Of a DNA stretch of 64,000 nucleotides, positions 46,157-55,928 are shown piece after piece. The position numbers were made by a program, and so were the translations under genes. Origin of the DNA: Micavibrio sp. (GTDB lineage: Bacteria > Pseudomonadota > Alphaproteobacteria > Micavibrionales > UBA9664); the NCBI GenBank assembly GCA_002699085.1, contig PAAR01000029.1:1249-65248 (forward strand), read 5' to 3'. Position 1 is the first letter of the stretch. Every line of letters begins with the position of its first letter. Under the pieces are notes generated by a model. The model searched no databases, was not told the origin of the DNA, and saw only the letters and a list, made by a program, of their open reading frames with translations.

Positions 46157-46741
46157 TTAACGTGCCCATTGTAAGTCAACTTTTCCTTTACCACCAAGGG
46201 TCACACCGCTCCTTGAAATTGACTTAACTGTGTAACCATCTGAAAGGGCATCCCCATTACGAACATTGGCAATTTCACCGTCTTTACTTGTGATACGTGC
46301 ACGCAAATTATTGTGAATGCCGTAAATATCATTAATTAACCACGGGGTTCTTGTGTCTTCGGCAATCTCGACATCTGCATTTTTGTCACGACTATAATCT
46401 TCACTCATATCATCCAAACCAAGATCATTAGCCGATATTGGTGGCAAAGCAGCCAGAGCAGCGTCATTCGGCATGGCTGGCATAGAGGATGGGCTATTAA
46501 TACCCAATAAAGAATCTGTATTTTTTGCAGACAGTTCATTCAATTGCTCAAGCAACTCAGCGCGCTTTAAACAAAGTGCAAAACGCTCAATATCAGACTG
46601 TACGCTCGCTAAGTCATTCGGCGTTTGTTTTGATGCCACATTAGGGCTCGGGCAAAGGTCATCACCCAAACTCTGTGCTTGAACGGCCTGCCCGGCACAT
46701 AAAAACACTATTAAAAAAGCTGCTATTATTAATTTTTTCAT
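46157..46741 (-). CDS. pilP: type IVb pilus biogenesis protein, PilP-like
   Basis: Signal peptide and small size. C-terminal beta-domain ...ANVRNGDALSDGYTVKSISRSGVTL. It sits between the PilO-like gene and the ATPase, as in the R64 pil operon. Confidence 0.5.
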   Translation of the reverse strand: MKKLIIAAFLIVFLCAGQAVQAQSLGDDLCPSPNVASKQTPNDLASVQSDIERFALCLKRAELLEQLNELSAKNTDSLLGINSPSSMPAMPNDAALAALPPISANDLGLDDMSEDYSRDKNADVEIAEDTRTPWLINDIYGIHNNLRARITSKDGEIANVRNGDALSDGYTVKSISRSGVTLGGKGKVDLQWAR

Positions 46742-48105
46742 TGTGGCACGCCTCCAGCCATACGTAGGATTATATTGGTTTTATACGTCCAATCCTGCCT
46801 GTTTAAATTATATTCTATCATCTCAAAGCTCAAACCTGGAATATTAAAATATTCTGCTGCCTTTGTCGGCGGGGTACTTGTTTTAAGTTCGACAGACAAA
46901 AAGGGTGGTTTTTTTGTTTCTGATTCATTTGTAATAAGCGTCGTTACAGCACTTTGCGCACGACGACGCACAGATGATGCAGTTTTCTTATCTTCATCCG
47001 GCACACGATATTGCACATTCATTTGCCCTAAATCGCCAAAACGGTCATTTACAAGTAAAATAGCACGATCACGATCAAGTGGTATATTCTGTTCTTTATA
47101 TTGATCGAGACTTGGCAATAATTTTGTAGCTGTGAACAACCTTGCGCCATCATACGTATGCGTCACACCTGGTCCAAAACGAGAAATATAGGGCCTAATA
47201 TTATCTAGGTCACCCCCATTGCTATTCCAAGAGACCGTTACAATCCGCCCATCACATTTAATTGATTCAATTGTCCACATCGGCAAAGGTAGAACGATAT
47301 CTTCCATACCTTTCAAACATGCAAAAACAACGAAGCTAGGTGTTGGCAAGGACACGTCTCCAAAACGTAACAATGGATTAAGTTGCTGGCCTACCTCTGG
47401 TCTTGGCGGCGGTGTCAATTCGTTCGCTGTGCCCAATGCAAGCTGTTTTGCTTGCCGTGGTTGTGGCAATAAAGAAGGTAAGATTTGTGAGGTCAACGTG
47501 CCTAAAAATAAAATACCTACCAGGATAGCCGCCAAAACAACGGCGATATCTTTGTTACGGCGACCCCCAAAAAGTGCATCGAGATTTGCAGGCTGTAAAG
47601 TAGCATTGGGAATCTCATCAAAGATCTTATTTAAGCTGACTTCACCAGCATTATCTTCGAATTCCCAGTTATCAGGTACAAAAGCACGTGGCCAACGATA
47701 GCCCGCCGCTTTTTGCAAAAAGAATTGATACGCCTCTTCTTCATCATCAAACAGAATGTCGCCATCTGGCGCAATTGCATCGGCATGAACAGCGACATAC
47801 CACCAGCCATTTTCAGCCACAAACACACCATGCCATTCACCAACCATTACATCAGCAGCCGTTGAGGCAGCAGCAGGTAATCCACGCTTATGACCCTGCT
47901 CTAAATAGCCGATACCATTTTGATTAACAACTGTATTTCTAATAACATAAAAGTCGGCGCCAACTTGTTTGGCCCGCTGACGTGGTGCTTTTGGGTCTTC
48001 TTCATCTTCCGAGGTCAACCAAAGCAAGCCGACAGCATAATCCTGTCCAGCATAGCGCATAATGCCAAGTTTATCTTTTTGTTTCTGGACTGCTTCGCTG
48101 CTCAT
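46738..48105 (-). CDS. pilO: type IVb pilus biogenesis protein, PilO-like (bitopic)
   Basis: 455 aa: cytoplasmic N-domain, one TM (IAVVLAAILVGILFLGTLT) and a periplasmic C-domain. The position after the secretin matches R64 pilO. Assigned mainly by synteny. Confidence 0.5.
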   Translation of the reverse strand: MSSEAVQKQKDKLGIMRYAGQDYAVGLLWLTSEDEEDPKAPRQRAKQVGADFYVIRNTVVNQNGIGYLEQGHKRGLPAAASTAADVMVGEWHGVFVAENGWWYVAVHADAIAPDGDILFDDEEEAYQFFLQKAAGYRWPRAFVPDNWEFEDNAGEVSLNKIFDEIPNATLQPANLDALFGGRRNKDIAVVLAAILVGILFLGTLTSQILPSLLPQPRQAKQLALGTANELTPPPRPEVGQQLNPLLRFGDVSLPTPSFVVFACLKGMEDIVLPLPMWTIESIKCDGRIVTVSWNSNGGDLDNIRPYISRFGPGVTHTYDGARLFTATKLLPSLDQYKEQNIPLDRDRAILLVNDRFGDLGQMNVQYRVPDEDKKTASSVRRRAQSAVTTLITNESETKKPPFLSVELKTSTPPTKAAEYFNIPGLSFEMIEYNLNRQDWTYKTNIILRMAGGVPQ

Positions 48106-48251
48106 GCGTCTCTGATGTCTTTGTACTTAAATATTTTACGAATCTTAACCAATATGAATATTCTACCAGCGGATAGACAAAACATCTACACCCTATTATA
48201 CGGCAAACGCATATATCTAAAGCACATTAAGAGCCATTTATTTAAAAATGA

Positions 48252-49811
48252 TTAAAAACCTTGTTCAGAAACACTTAATGGCTCTTCAGGTAAAACCTCT
48301 GCCGAAATAAGAAGAACCGTAATATTTCTGCCACGGTCATAATTACGTGTGCCGCCCAACAACCAACTTGGCGTACGCGCATCTGTAATCCCTGACTGTC
48401 TACGCTCAAAGCCAGCCAAAACAAGCGTTTCACCTTGTGACAACACCGCATTTTGTAAGAAACCAGTCGTGTCAATTTGCGGCAATTGAATTTGTTGCGT
48501 GTCTGTACCAAATGTCTGGAAAGGCTGCTCCGCATCAGTAATGGAAATCGCTAAGCGCATCAAAATACGATTATTCTCGATCACACGTGGCAATATATTC
48601 ATCGTTAAACCAACATCAATTGTACCAGGTTCAAGTGATGTCCCTGTACTATCACCACTCGCCGAAGCCGAAATACGCTCAAGATAGGTGATCTGACGAC
48701 CAATTTGTAGCGGTGCTGGCTGATCTGACAGCGTTACGATAGAACCAGAATTAGCGATCGTTACATGTGATACATTTTCTGCAGCACGTACAATAGAAGC
48801 AAAATCATCTATCGTTCCAGCTACTTGTCCGTTAATAGCCTGAGACTGCCGCAAAATACCCGCTGACAATGAACCATCAATCGAGCTTAGCTGATATGGC
48901 TGCTTATCGATCACATCTTGCAGCTCTAAAAACAGGTCAAAGCCATATTCAGAAGAATTTTGCACTTGAACATTTAACACCTTCACAGCCACCGCAACAC
49001 GGCGTAGACGTAATGAGTTTTGTTGACGCAAATATTCTTCCACACGATCGACCAAGGTTGGCGAAGCGCTCACAGTAATTGTCCCAGTTGAACGTGACAA
49101 TGAAATACGGCCACGACTATCGAGAATATTATTCAGAACTTCTTCGATCTCATCCCAAATTTGAATTTCTGTCTTATCGTCAATCGTTACAGACGGTAGA
49201 CTTCCGCCACCTGAAGCAACACCCGTTTCAAGCGAACCGCTTAAATCAATGCCTGTGCCAAGCGCATGCAACATGAATGTTTTTGTTACTTCTTGGAATA
49301 TTTTAATCACGCCATTTTCATAGCTCCAGCCAACGTCAAACGCATCGGCAATTTGATTAAGAAGCTGTGTTAATGATCCTTGCCATACAACACGTCCACC
49401 AGTTACCTGCAAGCCATCCGATGGTAAGAAACGTTGATCCAGAGTGTTGCTACCACGGTCAAACACTACACGAATATTTGTTACCTTTTGAATCTCTGAA
49501 CGAAGCTGCGGCAATGAAAGTGGCTCTGCAAAGGTTACCACAACACTGTCTTTTGCATTAAACTTTGCTGGCAGCGGATCGCCTTTAGCCAATGCCACCG
49601 CCTTACCGCCATACCATGGACGGTCGTCAACCATTAAAGATTTAGACAATTCTTTTGTTGGCTCAATTTGACGCAACGCTTTTTCGGCAATGACACCATC
49701 TTTATCAAGATCGCCTTTAATTGCTGCATGTTGAGCGCAAGAGCTCATAAAAAAAGCGGCAAAAAGAAAGGTAAATATTTGAAATGTCTTTGTGAATTTA
49801 GATAATGTCAT
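48252..49811 (-). CDS. pilN: type IVb pilus secretin lipoprotein (R64 PilN / BfpB-like)
   Basis: Lipobox FFMSSCA. C-terminal secretin domain (…GETLVLAGFERRQSGITDARTP...GRNITVLLISAEV). Confidence 0.8.
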   Translation of the reverse strand: MTLSKFTKTFQIFTFLFAAFFMSSCAQHAAIKGDLDKDGVIAEKALRQIEPTKELSKSLMVDDRPWYGGKAVALAKGDPLPAKFNAKDSVVVTFAEPLSLPQLRSEIQKVTNIRVVFDRGSNTLDQRFLPSDGLQVTGGRVVWQGSLTQLLNQIADAFDVGWSYENGVIKIFQEVTKTFMLHALGTGIDLSGSLETGVASGGGSLPSVTIDDKTEIQIWDEIEEVLNNILDSRGRISLSRSTGTITVSASPTLVDRVEEYLRQQNSLRLRRVAVAVKVLNVQVQNSSEYGFDLFLELQDVIDKQPYQLSSIDGSLSAGILRQSQAINGQVAGTIDDFASIVRAAENVSHVTIANSGSIVTLSDQPAPLQIGRQITYLERISASASGDSTGTSLEPGTIDVGLTMNILPRVIENNRILMRLAISITDAEQPFQTFGTDTQQIQLPQIDTTGFLQNAVLSQGETLVLAGFERRQSGITDARTPSWLLGGTRNYDRGRNITVLLISAEVLPEEPLSVSEQGF

Positions 49812-49913
49812 CTGTCTATCTATTGTTTTACTTAACGAATCTTATCTTAGCTTACACAGGGTTACGGCTTCCGACAAACAGAATTTTTAGATTTTTCACT
49901 TTAAATAATATGT

Positions 49914-51320
49914 TTAGCGAATAATATGACGTGTTTCGATCACTATAACAGCAGGACCATCTGGCTCATTTGGATGCAATCTTGCGATCGGGCGAGGCTG
50001 CGCCTCACTGAAACCCTTCAGCAAAACTTCAACAACTTCTTCAAATGTGCCCTGCAAACTGACATCAGACTCAAGAGGGTAGTCGTAATCAGCTCGCCAA
50101 TATAACTGAACACCCGCCTCTTTCGACCATGATTCAAGGACTTGGCGTAGTGTTAAGTTTCGTGGCGCTGTCCATGTTTTGATCGTTGTATCATAATCAA
50201 CCATCTCAACAGAAGAACGCTCATTTAGGTTATCAAGCGCATAAAGTGCTGACGAAACTGTTTTGTTCGACCCAAAATTTTCAAGTGCTGAATGACGTGT
50301 TGCACTTGGCATAATTTGTACGGTTTTTCCTGCAATTGACGCTGTTAAGTTTTTCGGTGCCAACATAGAATCCAGCACCTGATTCCAAGGCTTGCCACCT
50401 TCCCACGAAACAGTTTGGGATACATCGACCCCCTCAGCGTAGATCAAAGAATAATCACTTGGAACAATTTGTGATAAAGCAATCGGCAAAGGCATACCTT
50501 TACCAAACCCAACAGCAACAGCATATGATCCAGCTGGTGCGTCCATTTGTTGTGAGACAATAGGTTGCATGCGTTGAGGCGCTGCCAATGTCGCTGTTTG
50601 TACTGACGCACGCGGCATTGAATTATTCATATAAGGTCCAGAAAATCCTGTTGCAGGAATAGGCGCAGATGCCGAAGATGGTACTGGACGACCAAATAAA
50701 AATCCTTTTTGCTCTGATGGTTTTGCTGTTAAGCCAAATGGAAACGGGTTTAATGAGACGATAGAACGTTTCTTCTCTTCTTCTGCACGGCGGCGTGAAA
50801 TTGACGGTGCAAAAGCATCACCTTCTACAGCAACTTCGGAATAAACAGGGATACTGGTCACCGCTTGCGGTGCAGCCATTTGCTGCATTTGCATAGGCTG
50901 TTGCGCAGGGGCTTCCATTACAGGCTGTTGCGCCATTTGCGCCCTTAGAGGCTGTGGCTCTGTTGATGAAAACGGCATAGAGGCTGGCTGCATCATTTGC
51001 GGTTGCGGTTGATACTGTTGTTGTGGCTGTTGCATAACAGGAGCCATTTGCATTTGTTGAACTGGCTGTTGGTACGCTTGCTGAGATTGCTGTCTGTAAT
51101 AATTATCTTGAGCACGAGATGGTGCCATCACAACAGGCAACGTATTTTGTACAATTGGCTGTGTCGGTGGAATGCGATTAATTTGCTGGCCCATTTGGCC
51201 CGATTGATTGTAGTTTGCCATTGGCGCAACAAACTCAAAACCAGCCTGCGCTTCATTTAGATTTATGCTCGCAGCACTTACCACTAAACCCATTACCAGA
51301 AAAACTTTTGAAAAACGCAT
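49914..51320 (-). CDS. pilL: PilL-like pilus protein with Q/P/M-rich spacer and TcpQ-like C-terminal domain
   Basis: Signal peptide and a long low-complexity Q/P/M region. C-terminus WTAPRNLTLRQVLESWSKEAGVQLYWRADYDYPLESDVSLQGTFEEVVEVLL is typical of the TcpQ/PilL domain. Confidence 0.55.
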   Translation of the reverse strand: MRFSKVFLVMGLVVSAASINLNEAQAGFEFVAPMANYNQSGQMGQQINRIPPTQPIVQNTLPVVMAPSRAQDNYYRQQSQQAYQQPVQQMQMAPVMQQPQQQYQPQPQMMQPASMPFSSTEPQPLRAQMAQQPVMEAPAQQPMQMQQMAAPQAVTSIPVYSEVAVEGDAFAPSISRRRAEEEKKRSIVSLNPFPFGLTAKPSEQKGFLFGRPVPSSASAPIPATGFSGPYMNNSMPRASVQTATLAAPQRMQPIVSQQMDAPAGSYAVAVGFGKGMPLPIALSQIVPSDYSLIYAEGVDVSQTVSWEGGKPWNQVLDSMLAPKNLTASIAGKTVQIMPSATRHSALENFGSNKTVSSALYALDNLNERSSVEMVDYDTTIKTWTAPRNLTLRQVLESWSKEAGVQLYWRADYDYPLESDVSLQGTFEEVVEVLLKGFSEAQPRPIARLHPNEPDGPAVIVIETRHIIR

Positions 51321-51409
51321 ATGTTTTATGAACCTTTAAATATTTAAGCTTAAGCCATAGCCTAGGATATTTCTATCCAAGACGCCATTATTTTTTTATA
51401 GAAACTATA

Positions 51410-51700
51410 CTAGCCGTAGTCAATCAGCTTGTTACGGCGCGTGTGCATAAGTGCTGGGCGGTGATTGCCGACAATCCAACTCCGCAAAGCCCGTAAAGCA
51501 GAAGGCAATGTATAACCATTACGCTCAACCACATGAAACACAAAAGTAATAATAGCGCATAGATACACTGTCCACCAACGCATATAAAGCAATACAACAA
51601 GAAATGTCGAAGCGGCCCGTGCATCAAGTGCAAAGAACTTCAACGGCTTCATTGAATTCCGCCAATGCCAATCGCCTTCTGTTTCGATATTATTTGCCAT
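51410..51700 (-). CDS. icmT: IcmT (R64 TraK-like) small T4BSS membrane protein
   Basis: 96 aa. HWRNSMKPLKFFALDARAASTFLVVLLYMRWWT...GYTLPSALRALRSWIVG matches my recollection of the IcmT/TraK pattern. It follows dotB as traK follows traJ. Confidence 0.7.
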   Translation of the reverse strand: MANNIETEGDWHWRNSMKPLKFFALDARAASTFLVVLLYMRWWTVYLCAIITFVFHVVERNGYTLPSALRALRSWIVGNHRPALMHTRRNKLIDYG

Positions 51701-51733
51701 AGGTTCTAGGATATCACGCTTTGGGATATGCTT

Positions 51734-52885
51734 CTAGCTTATATTAGATAACATCAAATAATGACGTTTTTCGATCAAACCTGCTTCAAAGGCTTTTGAC
51801 GCTGATTGAGCCATGGTCTGACCGTAATTAGGCATCATGCGTTGTACTTCATTGGTCCAATCCTGGAAATCCATATCTAATAATTTTTCACGTACAGCAT
51901 CATCAAAATGCATCCATTCACGAATACCGATACGCCCACCACCAATTTTAGGCACAAGGGCTTGGGTGACAATCATTCGTAATGTTTCCATGAGTGCGGA
52001 AGCACGCTCTAAACGTTCCTCTGGATCAAAAGTTGAAATCATACGACGGATCGTTGTTGCGACACCTGTTGTGTGGGTTGTTGTATAGACAGCGTGGCCA
52101 GTTTGACCCGCTTCAATCGCCGCAGAGATTGTCTCCTTATCGCGTGCCTCACCTATCAGAATAATATTTGGTTTACGACGTAGAGCGTTCCGTACGCCAT
52201 GAGCAAAGCTATCTAAATGACGACCCACTTCGGTTTGCGACACCACAGAATGCGGTGATTGAATTGTGTCATAGGTATATTCGATCGGCGCTTCATAGGT
52301 CAGCATCTTACCGCACCCATTTGGCTGCTCTAAAAGCATACGATTCACGGCTGCCAATAACGTTGTTTTACCAGAACCCGTTGGGCCAGTAATAACTACC
52401 ATGCCTTGGCGTGGTGCAACATGTTTAATGATATCTTCTTCAATCCCTAACGCTTCCAATGTTGGTGGCTCGGTCGGCAACGTACGCATCGTAATTTGCG
52501 CTGCATCACGCCCCTTTGAAAGAATGGCTGTAATGTTCACCCGAAAACGCATGCGAGAATAACGATCAGGGCGTATCTCGTATGAAAGATCAAGATCTTT
52601 ACCAGAAGCCAAACGTGCTTGTGCTTCTGCACCGTAAATTTTGCTCAAGAAAATGGCCATATCGCCAGAATCAACAGGGCGGAACGTTGCTGGATACAAT
52701 TTACCACTAATATCATTATAGACAGGACGATCTGTCTGAATTGTTACATCAGATGCCCCTTGTGCCACGCACCAGCTCAATAATTTATCAACATGATCTT
52801 CAGTGAAACGATCTGGCTCATCAGGCCATAGCTGGCCTTCTGGATTTTCGCCTTTTTTCAAACTTATCGGTTTACGGGTTGCCAT
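51734..52885 (-). CDS. dotB: DotB (R64 TraJ-like) PilT/VirB11-family secretion ATPase
   Basis: Walker A GPTGSGKTT, IGEARD and the His box TGHAVYTTTHT. Adjacent to dotC and dotD. Confidence 0.85.
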   Translation of the reverse strand: MATRKPISLKKGENPEGQLWPDEPDRFTEDHVDKLLSWCVAQGASDVTIQTDRPVYNDISGKLYPATFRPVDSGDMAIFLSKIYGAEAQARLASGKDLDLSYEIRPDRYSRMRFRVNITAILSKGRDAAQITMRTLPTEPPTLEALGIEEDIIKHVAPRQGMVVITGPTGSGKTTLLAAVNRMLLEQPNGCGKMLTYEAPIEYTYDTIQSPHSVVSQTEVGRHLDSFAHGVRNALRRKPNIILIGEARDKETISAAIEAGQTGHAVYTTTHTTGVATTIRRMISTFDPEERLERASALMETLRMIVTQALVPKIGGGRIGIREWMHFDDAVREKLLDMDFQDWTNEVQRMMPNYGQTMAQSASKAFEAGLIEKRHYLMLSNIS

Positions 52886-53697
52886 TCTTCAGGTCTCGCT
52901 TGTAATTGTGATGGGCCAGTGATTTGTACAGCCCGATCCCCTATTCTAAGCTCATTTCCGCCACCTGTCACCCCACGTTCTTCGAGCAACGCAAAAGGCG
53001 CTGAAATAATATTCTGTTTCAATAATAAACGGTAACGTACCATACCTGTAAAATCACGGTTTAGTCGATCAAGGTCCGCTTGGAAGATATCATCCCCTTG
53101 CAAATAACCTTCTTCCCAGCCCTTTTCAACGTTTTCACGCCAAATAACACGCTCTTCATAATCTTTAGGCAATAATAAATCTGGTGGTGGCGTAACTTCG
53201 CCCCATTCACGCTCTAAATACGTCCGCCAGTTACGAGGCGCACCAACAATTTTGGCTTTTTGATTAATATTATACAAAACTTCGGCAATCGCTGCTGTTT
53301 GACCCTCGTTTTCAACAATGAACGCATCCTGACCTTCGGTCACGGTTGGCGGTTCAATAAATACACCCGATGGGCCTTTAATAAGTAAACGAGAAAAATC
53401 ATAGGTACGATCCATATAATTCCCTTTACCTTTAAGTTCTTGACGAATCTCATAGGTACGACGTGCCAAACCGCCACGTGCACCATAAGAAAGAGCGGCA
53501 TTCTTAATGGCATCCCGACGAATATTCGGCGCTTGCGGTTTGCCAGAAATGAGATCTTTCTCATTTTTAGGCTTCACATCTTGTAAATATTTTAAACTAG
53601 GCGGCGGTGGATTAATTGAGTCCTTAGCTTGCGCCATAGAAATGCTTACACCAAAGGAGAAAAGAACAGCAAAAACACCAACAAATAAGGGTTTCAT
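52864..53697 (-). CDS. dotC: DotC (R64 TraI-like) outer-membrane core complex protein
   Basis: Signal peptide. Conserved-looking block AIKNAALSYGARGGLARRTYEIRQEL. Position between dotD and dotB; the 3' end overlaps dotB by 22 nt. Confidence 0.75.
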   Translation of the reverse strand: MKPLFVGVFAVLFSFGVSISMAQAKDSINPPPPSLKYLQDVKPKNEKDLISGKPQAPNIRRDAIKNAALSYGARGGLARRTYEIRQELKGKGNYMDRTYDFSRLLIKGPSGVFIEPPTVTEGQDAFIVENEGQTAAIAEVLYNINQKAKIVGAPRNWRTYLEREWGEVTPPPDLLLPKDYEERVIWRENVEKGWEEGYLQGDDIFQADLDRLNRDFTGMVRYRLLLKQNIISAPFALLEERGVTGGGNELRIGDRAVQITGPSQLQARPEEWQPVNR

Positions 53698-54237
53698 CTA
53701 CCCCCCTGTTTTAGTTGTCATAGCAGGGTCATCAAGCGCTGATGGATAATAAAGCTCAACAACACGACGTTGTGCATCTACCTTTAACTGAGCCATAGAC
53801 CCTAATTGCAACCCAACATCACGCAACACATCAATCACTTGGCGATTACGAGAAGTAATTGTCACAACAATTGGTGTTGGTGGCACATTACCGAAACTTT
53901 GAAAGTTATAACTCGCTCGGTCAGCCAAAATACGGGCAACCTGCTCAACTGGACCATACCAATCAAGATTGATCGTACGGCGTAACTCTTGTGGAGCGGC
54001 TGGAATAGACGCAATATCAACTTCTGGGCTCGCCGCTTGCTCAACAGCTGCCAATGTCTCTAGTGAACGAGATGCACGGTCAGCGGCTTCTGCTAAACGC
54101 ACAGATACTGAGTCAGGACTTGCCACGAGTTGAGGATCTTCAACAGGCATAGGACGCAATGCACAGCCTGACAACAGCAAAATTGTCATGGCGGCTATAA
54201 GTAAATTATTTTGTTTCAACGATATTCTCATATGCAT
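53698..54237 (-). CDS. dotD: DotD (R64 TraH-like) lipoprotein of T4BSS core complex
   Basis: Lipobox LLLSGCA. C-terminal N0/secretin-like domain (PTPIVVTITSRNRQVIDVLRDVGLQLG...VVELYY). Immediately upstream of dotC. Confidence 0.75.
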   Translation of the reverse strand: MHMRISLKQNNLLIAAMTILLLSGCALRPMPVEDPQLVASPDSVSVRLAEAADRASRSLETLAAVEQAASPEVDIASIPAAPQELRRTINLDWYGPVEQVARILADRASYNFQSFGNVPPTPIVVTITSRNRQVIDVLRDVGLQLGSMAQLKVDAQRRVVELYYPSALDDPAMTTKTGG

Positions 54238-54327
54238 ATTTTATTGGCTTAACAACGAACCTCTTTAAAAACTAGACCCTAGCGATTTCCTCTATGGTAA
54301 ACAAGATTTTTTATTATGGGTAGAGGT

Positions 54328-54744
54328 TTATTCAATCGAAATCAGTCCTTTTTTTTGCAAGGCCTCGACAACCTTCTTTTTATAGCGTCTACCATAATAT
54401 GGCGTGCGTGAGTGATAATGGGCAATAGCTTGGGATAGAGACCCTGTTTCATTAATATGTTGGCGCAAGATCCAAGCCGAAACATTTATATTGGTACAAG
54501 GATCATCTTTAACCCAGCGGATAGCGGTTGCTTGGTCAACATTCCAATATTTAGCCAATTCGGGAATCCAAATTGTATTAATTTGCATTGGCCCCAAATC
54601 ATAACTACCATTTTTATTTTTAACGGCTTGGCCAACCTGACCGCCCTCAACGGTTTGAATACCCATTAAAACAGCTGGTGGCACTTGATACGTCTGCGAC
54701 GCAATGAACAGACATGATGCTAGAACCTGCGCTATCATACACAA
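54328..54744 (-). CDS. specialised lytic transglycosylase (SLT domain; IagB/VirB1/R64 PilT-like)
   Basis: Catalytic-Glu context GIQTVEGG, then YDLGPMQINTIW and AHYHS motifs. Confidence 0.85.
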   Translation of the reverse strand: MCMIAQVLASCLFIASQTYQVPPAVLMGIQTVEGGQVGQAVKNKNGSYDLGPMQINTIWIPELAKYWNVDQATAIRWVKDDPCTNINVSAWILRQHINETGSLSQAIAHYHSRTPYYGRRYKKKVVEALQKKGLISIE

Positions 54745-54753
54745 TCCTTTTGA

Positions 54754-55884
54754 TTACATACCACCTTTTTTCGCTCCGAAATAACCCATTGGATTTGCTT
54801 TAGGTGGCTTCAAATCTGGATTGACCTTACTTTTCTCTCCGCCACCACGACGCCCTTCTGAACCGTCATCATCTTCATCATCGTCTTTATCTTCACCAAT
54901 AATGGTTTTAGGTTTTGTAGCCCCACCCTTAGAAAAGAACGACATAGGATTGCCTAAAGCAGGTGCTTCTGATTCTTGCACTTTATTTGAGGATGCTTTT
55001 GTTGCTTTTAATGCCTCTTTTGGCGCAGCTTTCTCAGATGAGGAGGCTGACTCATCTTCTGGCGTCACCATTAGATTTTTTGTTAAAGCGACCATCAAGC
55101 CAGAACGCATTTCAAACATATGCCACAAGGTATCAAGTGATAATTCACCCGTTTTATTCATTGATTTTTCACGAAGTTTTTCATCCATTTCTTCATAGCG
55201 ACGTTTTTCCGCCATATGACATGACGCATATATATGCGTCAAACTACGCAAAACACCTAATTCAGAGAGCTTTTGATCGCTTATATCATCGGCACGACCA
55301 AATAAGGCGCGAGCAACAATCTTAGCACGTGATTGTAATTTCGTCGTAATCTCTGCCAGAAGTTCTTTATGGTCATGGCCAAAACTATATTCAGCCACAC
55401 GGATCACCACAGGTAACAACGCCTGCATTGCCTGTATTGTCATTTGATCTTCATCAAACACCAAACGATCAGAGACTGAGATTGGATCAGGGTTAGCCAA
55501 TCTTAAACGACGATTGGCCGCATCTTTTGCTTCTGCAAATTTATCAGTAAAATCTAAAATACCGTCAAAAACATCTGAGAACTGACCAATATCTTCATCA
55601 GATAAATCTTTACCAGTTTTTGCAAAATGCTCAGCTATAATAGGGCTCACCAAACAGGCCACCGCTAAACGCAGTGCATCGGCATCATCATTATTAGAAG
55701 GCTGAAAGCTATCAGATAGGGCCTTGCTCATTTTAATAGACGTACGCAAAAGTGAGGAAATTTGCGCCACATCATCGGCTTCAACAGCACCCTTTTTTTG
55801 ATATGAGCCACGCAACACTGCATTCATTAGCGGCGCAGCTAATTTCTCAAAAACCTTTATATTATAGAGTGTTTTACTATCCAT
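54754..55884 (-). CDS. hypothetical protein (helical N-region, charged low-complexity C-terminus), in dotD operon
   Basis: 376-aa ORF tightly packed between the dsbC-like gene and the SLT gene. The C-terminal tail is DKDDDEDDDGSEGRRGGGEKSKVNPDLKPPKANPMGYFGAKKGGM. No family recognised. Confidence 0.55.
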   Translation of the reverse strand: MDSKTLYNIKVFEKLAAPLMNAVLRGSYQKKGAVEADDVAQISSLLRTSIKMSKALSDSFQPSNNDDADALRLAVACLVSPIIAEHFAKTGKDLSDEDIGQFSDVFDGILDFTDKFAEAKDAANRRLRLANPDPISVSDRLVFDEDQMTIQAMQALLPVVIRVAEYSFGHDHKELLAEITTKLQSRAKIVARALFGRADDISDQKLSELGVLRSLTHIYASCHMAEKRRYEEMDEKLREKSMNKTGELSLDTLWHMFEMRSGLMVALTKNLMVTPEDESASSSEKAAPKEALKATKASSNKVQESEAPALGNPMSFFSKGGATKPKTIIGEDKDDDEDDDGSEGRRGGGEKSKVNPDLKPPKANPMGYFGAKKGGM

Positions 55885-55928
55885 GCCGCCCTTTTACCAC
55901 AAGCTGTGTCGTCTTAGCCAGTAAGATT

